Of a stretch of DNA of 21,606 nt, positions 8,417-15,866 are shown in pieces (position 1 is the stretch's first letter; every line of letters begins with the position of its first letter). This DNA comes from Candidatus Eiseniibacteriota bacterium. GTDB lineage: Bacteria; Eisenbacteria; RBG-16-71-46; JABDJR01; JAWXBZ01. The stretch is taken from assembly GCA_034440375.1 (NCBI GenBank), contig JAWXBZ010000024.1, positions 1 to 21,606 of the forward strand, in the 5' to 3' direction. The notes under the pieces are model-generated. The model was given only the letters and a program-made list of their open reading frames with translations. It ran no database searches and was not told where the DNA came from. A program made the translations under genes and the position numbers.

Positions 8417-9180
8417 GCGCCGTCCACGCCAGAGACACCCGTCGTGCCCGGCGAAGCCGCGGAAGCATCGATGGCCGCCGCTATGTTATCCCGGCGGCCC
8501 TTGCCCTGATGGTCATCCTCGGCCTTTCCGCCCTTGATGCGCGCTTGAAGGGGCCGGTGGCCGGTTCGAGGCGCCTGGAGGGAATGCGCGATAAAAAGGG
8601 AGAGGCGCTGGCCGGAAGAGCATTTCTCAACTCACAGCTGGCACTGGCCTCCAGTGATTCGATCAACATCGTCCTCGATGCCCGCAGCAACAATTTATGG
8701 ATCGTCATGAGGGGCGTCCAGCTTCGGGAATGCAAGCTTTCCGATGTCCAGTTCGATGCGAACATCGTCGAGATAGTATCCGGCGACAGAGAGGCTCTCT
8801 GGCTCGAGCGCCCGTTCATCCTGATCGAACGGCGGGGCAATCTGCCAGATCCATGGAAGCCGATTGCCGAGGGGCCGGTTGATACCCTGAAGGGGGGCGT
8901 GGCAGCCAAAGACCAGCCGATGAGCGGCGCCCTCATCTTCGACCGCGAGTTGATCCTCCACATCCGGACACCACCAACCGCGGCCGACTCGATGGCGTAT
9001 CGTGGCTTCAACGGTTTCAAGCGGCGCCTCGATGAGCGAATCACGGAGGCCCGCGACGCCTGGCGCGAAATTGCCGGTGGCCCGGCCACCATGGATATCT
9101 ACCTGCACATCTCCCGCGAGGACGCCGCCGCGATCCTGAGGGCTCTCGCCGTTGGTGGCGGGATGGCGCTCCGCCTCTAA
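8413..9180 (+). CDS. Membrane-anchored degenerate YkuD-like protein (probable pseudo-enzyme)
   Basis: TTG start overlaps the upstream TGA (TTGA). One TM helix. INIVLDARSNNLWIV resembles the first YkuD strands. LIFDRELILHI and YLHISREDAAAILRALAVGGGMAL resemble the YkuD C-terminus but lack HG and the catalytic Cys. Confidence 0.75.
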   Translation: MSAVHARDTRRARRSRGSIDGRRYVIPAALALMVILGLSALDARLKGPVAGSRRLEGMRDKKGEALAGRAFLNSQLALASSDSINIVLDARSNNLWIVMRGVQLRECKLSDVQFDANIVEIVSGDREALWLERPFILIERRGNLPDPWKPIAEGPVDTLKGGVAAKDQPMSGALIFDRELILHIRTPPTAADSMAYRGFNGFKRRLDERITEARDAWREIAGGPATMDIYLHISREDAAAILRALAVGGGMALRL

Positions 9181-9193
9181 CGTTTCACGCTCC

Positions 9194-9955
9194 ATGCTCA
9201 CCGGCCCCATCCCACGTATCCACGAGGCCATCATCATCGGCGGCGGTTGCTACGGCTCATATCACGCCCGCCAACTCATCCGCGCCGCCGACAAGGGCGC
9301 CTTGCACCTCCAGGGGCTTGTCATCGTCGACCGCGATCCCGACTGTGCCGCCCGTCGCGAGTACGCCGGACACGCCTCCCTGCGCTTCATCACCGCCGAC
9401 TGGATCGATTTTCTCGAGTCATATCTCGATGCGGCGCCCGTAGAGAGCGACGACGTCATGGTGCCGACGCCGGTGGGCCCGCATCTCATGTTTGAATGGT
9501 TGCGGCGACGCGCCTCCCGGCTGGGCGCCGAGCGCCACATACCGCTGCCGGAACTCCCGGCCACGCCCTATGCCTCCCGCTCGCCGGAAGGAACTGGCTA
9601 TCAATCCTTTGCCACCTGGACCTGTCCGGTTACGTGCGTCGAGCCGGCAATCTGCCCGGTGACGAAAGGGCCAAAGGACTGGGAGATGGACGAGGCCGTC
9701 TTTGCCTTCGCGCGGAACGAAGCCGGCGCGGGTCGGTCGTTCGATGATGTGCAGGTCTTCCGTTGCCGGCCGCTGGCCTTCGGAATTGCGGCGTGGCCGA
9801 CGCGGCAGGCGGTGGTGGCGCGGGGGCGGTTGGAAGGGCTGTTGGCGGCGGCGGCCGGGAACTTGCGTACCCGTCGGATGCTGGTGGCTACGACGAGTTC
9901 GTGTCATGGGGTGGTGGATTTGCTGGAGGTTGGTGGAACGCCGGGGGTTGTCTGA
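9194..9955 (+). CDS. Hypothetical protein: N-terminal Rossmann dinucleotide-binding motif plus Cys-rich C-terminal domain
   Basis: IIIGGGCYG (GxGxxG) followed by VIVDRD; TWTCPVTCVEPAICP; SSCHGV. Start taken as ATG 9194, after the upstream stop. Confidence 0.8.
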   Translation: MLTGPIPRIHEAIIIGGGCYGSYHARQLIRAADKGALHLQGLVIVDRDPDCAARREYAGHASLRFITADWIDFLESYLDAAPVESDDVMVPTPVGPHLMFEWLRRRASRLGAERHIPLPELPATPYASRSPEGTGYQSFATWTCPVTCVEPAICPVTKGPKDWEMDEAVFAFARNEAGAGRSFDDVQVFRCRPLAFGIAAWPTRQAVVARGRLEGLLAAAAGNLRTRRMLVATTSSCHGVVDLLEVGGTPGVV

Positions 9956-9977
9956 GTTTGTAAAGCCAAACTCAGAC
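9950..9977. terminator. Hairpin between convergent genes (probable bidirectional terminator)
   Basis: Perfect 11-bp inverted repeat GTCTGAGTTTG-taaagc-CAAACTCAGAC spanning the stop at 9955. Confidence 0.7.
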
Positions 9978-9989
9978 TGCTTTGACTGA

Positions 9990-11594
9990 TTAAGTCGACC
10001 GGAGGAGTCGCATGTAGCTGACGATCTCTCCCCGCACGTCGGGGCGGACGTCGGAAGTCGGCTTGGCCAGCCGATCGAGATCAACGCGGGAAATGTATCG
10101 CACATTGATGATCGACTTGAGGCTCTGAACCGGTACCCGGGTCGGGTTGGTCAGGATGAGTCGTGGCACTTCCTTGTTGGCGGGGCCGGTCAGGAGGCTG
10201 CGCGACGTCAGGATCTTGTCGAGCACCCGAACGCTGCGCGTCTGCATCGCGATCATCGGCACGATGCCGGGCATTCCGGTGATGCGCGAATTTTCGAGAA
10301 TGCCTACCAGGAAGGCATCGTTTCCCAGCTGCCGTTGGATCAGCTGTCGTACCGTGGTCGGGGCCTCCGGGCGCGCCCCCGCCCGCTCGGGAAGGCTTGG
10401 CGTGCCGTCCGGCAGGACAAAGTTGCCGGCCCACTCCTCCCGGTAAGTCAGGACGAAGATGTCGGGCAGGAGGTGCACGAATCCCCAGTCCTTGATGACC
10501 GGGAAAAGGCTTTTCGCCAGCTCCGGCTCGATGACCACATGCAACCGGGGTTCATCCCGGACCGTGTCGAGGATTCCGAACAGGATCGACAGGATATCCG
10601 GCGTCGGCTCGTCGGGCATGGCCTCGTGACGGAGGAGTGCCACCTGGTAGACCGCCGATGTGAGGAACGCCAGTTCGCGGTCGAGCATGGGATTTTCGCG
10701 CACCGCGGTGATGATGCGTGCGACGGCGTGGCCGAAAACCTCCTTGAGCAGATGTTTCTGGAGCTTGTCCATTTCGCTGGCGGATAGGACATGCTCCATC
10801 GTGAGCAACCGGTCGTAAAAGGGTTTGTACGTCGAGAGGCGCGCGACGACGTTTTTCAGATGTTCGATGTCCTGGTCGTAAAAGGAAAGTATCGGCATCA
10901 GCCGGCTGATCGAACGTCCGTCGTACGGATCGACGCGGCTGGCCAGGTGCGAGACGCGGCGCTCCATCAGGTTGATTTCAAGCATGCAGAGTTGCGTCAG
11001 GAAGTGCATTTCACTGTCCTGGATCGGTTCGCCCCGCTCGAGCGTTTTCGCCACCCCGCGAAACCAGGATTTCATCTGACGATTCGAGGCACGCAGGATA
11101 TCGGGATCGCGCGGCATCTTGCCGCCCCCCACCTCGATCACCCCGCAACGGGAGGCCTCGCCGAACATCTCGTTGATCGGATGGACGGCGTCGGCGCCGG
11201 TCGAATCCCCCTCCTTCCAGGTGCCCAGAAGAATTCGGAGTGAGACACGCTCGAGGCTGGCCAGCGCATTCAGTTGCCGGAGAACTTCCACGCCGGGCCG
11301 CTTGACCTCGAGGAACGTGAAAAGGAGCCGCAGGCCCGCGGCCTGGTGTTCGAGCGCCAACCGCCCGCCGGCCCGCAGGACCTGGGCCATTTCCCGTGTC
11401 TCGAAGTTGCGAAAGGACTCGGAAAGGACGGACATCCGCCGTCGCGGCGATTCCTCCGCCGTCAGGGCGTCGAGCGTCTTCCGCTCGTCCGAGAGGATGG
11501 GGGACTTGAGTAGTTTTTCGACCGGCTTCTGAAGCGCCGGAGGCGCCATCAGGTCGATGACCGGGATGTGCTGTTCCTGCGGGTTCATGGCCAT
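9990..11594 (-). CDS. Hypothetical alpha-helical cytoplasmic protein with a C-terminal LRV/HEAT-like helical repeat region
   Basis: 534-aa ORF with native codon bias. C-terminal ILENSRIT..VLDKIL..LILTNPTRVP..DLDRLAK..VR pattern resembles LRV-like hypotheticals. Confidence 0.8.
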   Translation of the reverse strand: MAMNPQEQHIPVIDLMAPPALQKPVEKLLKSPILSDERKTLDALTAEESPRRRMSVLSESFRNFETREMAQVLRAGGRLALEHQAAGLRLLFTFLEVKRPGVEVLRQLNALASLERVSLRILLGTWKEGDSTGADAVHPINEMFGEASRCGVIEVGGGKMPRDPDILRASNRQMKSWFRGVAKTLERGEPIQDSEMHFLTQLCMLEINLMERRVSHLASRVDPYDGRSISRLMPILSFYDQDIEHLKNVVARLSTYKPFYDRLLTMEHVLSASEMDKLQKHLLKEVFGHAVARIITAVRENPMLDRELAFLTSAVYQVALLRHEAMPDEPTPDILSILFGILDTVRDEPRLHVVIEPELAKSLFPVIKDWGFVHLLPDIFVLTYREEWAGNFVLPDGTPSLPERAGARPEAPTTVRQLIQRQLGNDAFLVGILENSRITGMPGIVPMIAMQTRSVRVLDKILTSRSLLTGPANKEVPRLILTNPTRVPVQSLKSIINVRYISRVDLDRLAKPTSDVRPDVRGEIVSYMRLLRST

Positions 11595-11603
11595 TACCCA
11601 GGG

Positions 11604-11630
11604 TTATCGGCCCCCGAGGCCACTACTGAA
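11604..11630 (-). promoter_or_regulatory. Sigma28 (FliA/WhiG)-like promoter, TTCA-N15-GCCGATAA
   Basis: Exact GCCGATAA at 11611-11604, 9 nt before ATG 11594; the -35 is a partial match to TAAA; no SD before the gene. Confidence 0.5.
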
Positions 11631-11685
11631 GGCTGATCTGGGCGTTTTGCCCCCGTCCGGGGTTCCGGTGGTGCAGGGGAGGGTC

Positions 11686-12138
11686 CTAAAGGAGGATCAG
11701 GACCTCGCCGCAGTGTCCCTCGACCTTTACCTTCGGAAAGATCTTCTGGATCTTTCCATTCTCGTCGATCAGGAAGGTGGTCCGTTCGATCCCCATGTAC
11801 TTCCGGCCGTACATCGACTTTTCGACCCAGACGCCGTACTTCTCGCAGACGTCGCCGTCCTTATCGGAGAGGAGTCGATAGTTCAGCCCCTCCTTCTCCT
11901 TGAACTTCCTGTGGGAGGCCACGGAGTCCTTGCTGACCCCCAGGATGACCGCTCCCTTTCGGGTAAACCGGGCCAGTTCAGCCTGAAACCCCCGGGCCTC
12001 CACCGTACAGCCGGAGGTCATGTCCTTCGGGTAGAAGAACAGAACCACCTTCTTTCCCTTGAGATCCTTGAGCGCGACACTCGTTCCGTCGTCCGCCGGC
12101 AGGTTGAACACCGGCGCCTTCGATCCTTCCTTCAGCAT
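11686..12138 (-). CDS. bcp: Peroxiredoxin Bcp/PrxQ
   Basis: VVLFFYPKDMTSGCTVEA (peroxidatic Cys), GVSKDSVASH, YGVWVEKSMYGRKYMGIERTTFLID. ATG 12138 has GGAGA upstream. Confidence 0.93.
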   Translation of the reverse strand: MLKEGSKAPVFNLPADDGTSVALKDLKGKKVVLFFYPKDMTSGCTVEARGFQAELARFTRKGAVILGVSKDSVASHRKFKEKEGLNYRLLSDKDGDVCEKYGVWVEKSMYGRKYMGIERTTFLIDENGKIQKIFPKVKVEGHCGEVLILL

Positions 12139-12186
12139 GCGTGCCATCTCCCGGTAGAACATTGTGGACTCAAGGAATCCCGCTGG

Positions 12187-13305
12187 TTACGGGGTTTCGA
12201 CGAGGCTGGTCTGGGGCTCGGTGAGGACATCCACACCGGTTTCCGTGATCAGGATGTCGTCCTCGATTCGGACGCCGAACCGGCCGGGGAGGTAGATGCC
12301 CGGCTCAATGGTTACGACCTGCCCCGGTTCGAGCAACGACCGGTTTCCCTCCACAAGGAAGGGGGATTCGTGGATGTCGAGGCCAAGGCCGTGCCCGGTC
12401 CGGTGAGTGAAAAACTCACCGTAACCTGCGCGGGTGATGACCTGGCGAGCGGCACGATCGACATCCTGACAGGCGACACCCGGGCCGGCCGCGTTGATGG
12501 CAGCCTGCTGCGCCTCAAGCACGATGGCATACACGTTCTTCATCTCGGGCGTGGCATCGCCATAGGTGGTCATTCGGGTGATGTCCGAGAGGTAGCCGCC
12601 AACGAGGCCCGACAGGTCGAACAGGACCATGTCGCCCCGTTCCAGTAAACGATGGCCGGCGGCCGCATGCGGGATGGCTGAATTCGGCCCGAACTGGACC
12701 AGCGGCTCGTGAAAACCTTCCTCGGTTTTCACCGAGTCAATCAAGATGCCGGCGGCTTCGAGCTCGGTCATTCCCAGACGGAGGTGGAGTCGCGCCACGT
12801 GGACGGCGGCCTCGGCCATATCCCCGGCCCGCCGAATCTGATCGACCTCGCCGGGTGATTTCCTCGATCGGAACTTGTCGAGGAGCGGTCCGGCATCGAT
12901 CAACCGGGCTCCTTCCGGCAGCGCGTCGCGCATCCGCTCGGCCATCCAGAACCAGGTCGTCGGCTCGAGGCCGACCCGCACCCCGGGTCCGAACTGGCTG
13001 ACGAGACGGTCGGCCAACAGCCGGTAGGGGTCAACGCTTTCGTCCCAGGGGATCAATGCTCCCTCGGTCATGACCCGCCGGATGTTCGATTCCTCGAAGG
13101 CCGGGGCGATGAGCGCTGGCTCCCCCGCCCCCGGAAGGACATGGGCGCAAAGCCGCAACATCCGATGGATGGTGAGGCCGGTCAGGTAGCGGAGATTGGT
13201 GCCGGGAGTCGAGACGAGGGCATCGCAGCCATGTTCCGGGAGGGCCCGCGCGACGGCCGACTGGCGGTCGTGATATTCACGCCGGGTTGGGGTTGACTCG
13301 TTCAT
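12187..13305 (-). CDS. Xaa-Pro dipeptidase/aminopeptidase, M24B family
   Basis: Creatinase-like N-terminus (NLRYLTG). Metal ligands in [35 protein letters not shown] 13305 follows GGAGG. Confidence 0.93.
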   Translation of the reverse strand: MNESTPTRREYHDRQSAVARALPEHGCDALVSTPGTNLRYLTGLTIHRMLRLCAHVLPGAGEPALIAPAFEESNIRRVMTEGALIPWDESVDPYRLLADRLVSQFGPGVRVGLEPTTWFWMAERMRDALPEGARLIDAGPLLDKFRSRKSPGEVDQIRRAGDMAEAAVHVARLHLRLGMTELEAAGILIDSVKTEEGFHEPLVQFGPNSAIPHAAAGHRLLERGDMVLFDLSGLVGGYLSDITRMTTYGDATPEMKNVYAIVLEAQQAAINAAGPGVACQDVDRAARQVITRAGYGEFFTHRTGHGLGLDIHESPFLVEGNRSLLEPGQVVTIEPGIYLPGRFGVRIEDDILITETGVDVLTEPQTSLVETP

Positions 13306-13398
13306 GGGGCCTCCAGCCGCCGTGGGATTTCCAGGTGATTCCCGGGGCGCAAATGATAATCCGTTTCGCCGCCGGGTGGCAGCGGCTAATATCGCGTC

Positions 13399-13962
13399 AT
13401 GAAAGTGGCTTTCATCGGGTCCCACGGCGTGGGAAAGACAGCGCTCTGTTACGGCCTTGCGGCGCACCTGAAGAGGATCGACATCTCGGTCGGCCTTGTC
13501 CAGGAAGTGGCCCGCGATTGTCCGATGCCGATCAACAGGGAGACGACGCTGGCAGCCCAGTCCTGGATCCTGCACACCCAGATCGCCCGCGAGATCGCCG
13601 CAGCCGAGAAGAACCAGGCCGTGGTATGCGACAGGTCGGTCCTGGACAATTACGCCTACCTGGTCCACCGGGTCGGCCGCCGCAAATCGCTCGACCCGAT
13701 GGTCGAGGAGTGGCTGGCGGGCTATTCACTGCTCGTCAAGGTTCCTATCTGGCAACGCCCCCGCTTTGACGGCGTCCGGGCGACCGATGTCGACTTTCAG
13801 CGCGAGATCGACGGGGAGGTGGACCGTTTGGTGAGCGCCTTCGGCGCCGACTGTTTTCGTCTGAATCCCCGCGAGCCGGACGCCTGGATCGGCAGGATTA
13901 TCAAACATCTCGAGCTACCCAGCGAACCACCACAGCAGGAACTGTTTCCGGAGGATGCGTGA
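13399..13962 (+). CDS. AAA_28 (NadR/Ttd14-like) P-loop nucleotide-kinase-fold protein
   Basis: MKVAFIGSHGVGKT (Walker A), EVAR, VVCDRSVLDNYAY, DGVRATDVDFQ. Confidence 0.88.
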   Translation: MKVAFIGSHGVGKTALCYGLAAHLKRIDISVGLVQEVARDCPMPINRETTLAAQSWILHTQIAREIAAAEKNQAVVCDRSVLDNYAYLVHRVGRRKSLDPMVEEWLAGYSLLVKVPIWQRPRFDGVRATDVDFQREIDGEVDRLVSAFGADCFRLNPREPDAWIGRIIKHLELPSEPPQQELFPEDA

Positions 13963-14470
13963 ATCGGCGAATCGGAGTGGCGGCGTGAAGGTGATGGGGA
14001 TCGACCCGGGAAGCCAGGTGACCGGCTGGGGTTGTGTCATGGGGTCCGGAAACCGCTACCAGTCGACAGCCGCGGGGGAGATTCGTGCGCCACATGGAGA
14101 GGAATTGATCGACCGTCTGTGCCGGATGCACCGGTGCGTCGTGGAATTGCTGGCTCGTGAATGCCCGGACGCCGTGGCCCTGGAGACACCGTTTTTCGCC
14201 CGCTCGGTCCACGCCACGCTTGTCCTGGGCCAGGTGCGCGGCGTCATACTGCTGGCCGTCCGCGACTCGAGAATCGAGATTCATGAATATGCCCCGCGCG
14301 AGGTGAAGAGTTCCGTCGTCGGTCGAGGCGGCGCCACCAAGGAACAGGTTCAATTCATGGTCACCCGGCTTCTCGGACTGGCGGCGCCACCGCCGCTGGA
14401 TGAATCCGATGCGCTGGCCGTGGCCATCTGCCACCATCACCGGGCCCGGCGGCCGGTCCTTTCCCGATGA
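13955..14470 (+). CDS. ruvC: Holliday junction resolvase RuvC
   Basis: GIDPG, VALET, LGQVRGV, EYAPREVK..VVGRGGATKEQVQFMV, DESDALAVAICH. Alternative start GTG 13985. Confidence 0.96.
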   Translation: MRESANRSGGVKVMGIDPGSQVTGWGCVMGSGNRYQSTAAGEIRAPHGEELIDRLCRMHRCVVELLARECPDAVALETPFFARSVHATLVLGQVRGVILLAVRDSRIEIHEYAPREVKSSVVGRGGATKEQVQFMVTRLLGLAAPPPLDESDALAVAICHHHRARRPVLSR

Positions 14471-14486
14471 CGATTCGGAGCGGCAG

Positions 14487-15092
14487 ATGATTGCCCGGCT
14501 GTCCGGCAAGATCGTCGACAAGCTCGCCGACCGGATTGTCCTCGACGTGAACGGCGTCGGTTACGAGGTTTTTCTGCCGGCCTCGTCGTTGGCCCGCCTC
14601 GGCCCGGCGGGTGCCTCGCTGGTTGTCCACACGGTGACGCATGTGCGCGAGGATGCCCTCCTGCTGTTCGGCTTCCTGGCGGTCGACGACAAACATCTCT
14701 TCGAGACGCTGATCGGTATCAGCGGTGTGGGGCCGAAGCTGGCGCTGGCGCTTCTTTCAGGTCTGTCGCCGAAGGCGCTGCGCCAGGCGGTGGCCCAGCG
14801 CGATCTGGCGGCCCTGACCGCCATCAGCGGCATCGGACGCAAGACGGCCGAGCGGCTCCTGGTCGAGTTGCGCGATCGGGTGGGGGATGCCGATGAGAGC
14901 GCATCGGGACCGGGCGGCGAGGCGTCACCGTTCCAGGACGCGGTGACGGCGCTGATCACGCTCGGTTATGCGCGTCCTCAGGCCGTGTCGGCGGTCCGTG
15001 AGGCGGCGGGTGGGCTTCCGCCGGACGCCGCGCCGGAACAACTCGTCCGACGGGCGCTGGGGAGATTGGTCAGTTCCCGAAGCGGGACTTGA
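14487..15092 (+). CDS. ruvA: Holliday junction DNA-binding protein RuvA
   Basis: MIARLSG, DVNGVGYEV, HVREDALLLFGF, ISGVGPKLAL, GIGRKTAERLLVELRD, ALITLGY. ATG 14487 follows GGAG. Confidence 0.96.
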   Translation: MIARLSGKIVDKLADRIVLDVNGVGYEVFLPASSLARLGPAGASLVVHTVTHVREDALLLFGFLAVDDKHLFETLIGISGVGPKLALALLSGLSPKALRQAVAQRDLAALTAISGIGRKTAERLLVELRDRVGDADESASGPGGEASPFQDAVTALITLGYARPQAVSAVREAAGGLPPDAAPEQLVRRALGRLVSSRSGT

Positions 15093-15639
15093 CGTTCGTC
15101 CAGGTGGTCGTCGCCACGGGAACCGGCGTGCAGCTCGGTCCGATGGTCGTGCCATGTTCGATCAGGGTGGCGCCCTTGGCGGCCCAGCTGACACCCATCA
15201 GGTTTTCCTGCCCGGGTGACACGAACGAGAAGGTGTCGTACTCGTTGGCCTTGTCGAGCTGATTGCCACCCCCCGAGTTCCATTTGACCCCGGACTGACC
15301 GGTCGGCGGGTCGACACCGACGGCGGTGGTGTACGTGCTGGTCGTGCCGTTGGCCGGATCACTGCTGTCCACACTGCTTGTCGAGATATTGAAGACAGAG
15401 CCCCAGTAGTTCTGGCACAGCCCGAGCACCCAGTGCGAGAGGCCGCGGTTAATGCAGGTTTCACCGATGACCTTGTAGTTCCATGTCCAGTACTGGACGC
15501 CGCTGATGAGGCCGTAGTAGGTGCGGCCAAGATACTCGACGCGCACATCGAAGCAGGGTTCGGCGGCCTTTGCTGGATTGGCGGAAATGAGAAGGGCGGC
15601 GCCGATCAGGGCGGCACGAACTGACTGTCGCAGGGTCAT
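15070..15639 (-). CDS. Small secreted beta-rich protein with C-terminal TTTWTNVKSRF motif
   Basis: Signal peptide ending AKA-AE; Thr/Ser/Gly/Trp-rich with four Cys; GAGG SD; 3' end overlaps the ruvA 3' end by 23 nt. Confidence 0.85.
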   Translation of the reverse strand: MTLRQSVRAALIGAALLISANPAKAAEPCFDVRVEYLGRTYYGLISGVQYWTWNYKVIGETCINRGLSHWVLGLCQNYWGSVFNISTSSVDSSDPANGTTSTYTTAVGVDPPTGQSGVKWNSGGGNQLDKANEYDTFSFVSPGQENLMGVSWAAKGATLIEHGTTIGPSCTPVPVATTTWTNVKSRFGN

Positions 15640-15724
15640 TGTCGTAATTCCTCAGATTCGGAGGTTGTCGGCTCAAAGGATGTCTGGCAGTTCCGACTAT
15701 CTGGTGCGTTTTATACTATGGAGT

Positions 15725-15754
15725 ATCATAAAGTGCACTCGGTAGGGCCGTCAA
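15725..15754 (-). promoter_or_regulatory. Sigma70-type promoter TTGACG-18-TATGAT for the 15639 gene
   Basis: Near-consensus hexamers in the most AT-rich patch of the window, with a T-run upstream. Confidence 0.6.
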
Positions 15755-15866
15755 TAAAAAAACTCGTCGTGAGTCGTGGAAACCCTTGATTTTACTGGGC
15801 TTTCTGGGCGAAGTCTGTTGGAATGTCAGACAGTTTCCAACACCTGAAACATGCTACTTAGGTGTG

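Noticed and set aside
11557-12648. 363-aa plus-strand ORF
   Set aside because: Antisense to bcp and the M24 peptidase, both of which have clear family motifs.
13306-13668. 121-aa N-terminal extension of the M24 peptidase in the ORF track
   Set aside because: Overlaps the AAA_28 gene on the other strand; ATG 13305 has a GGAGG SD and gives a normal-length protein.
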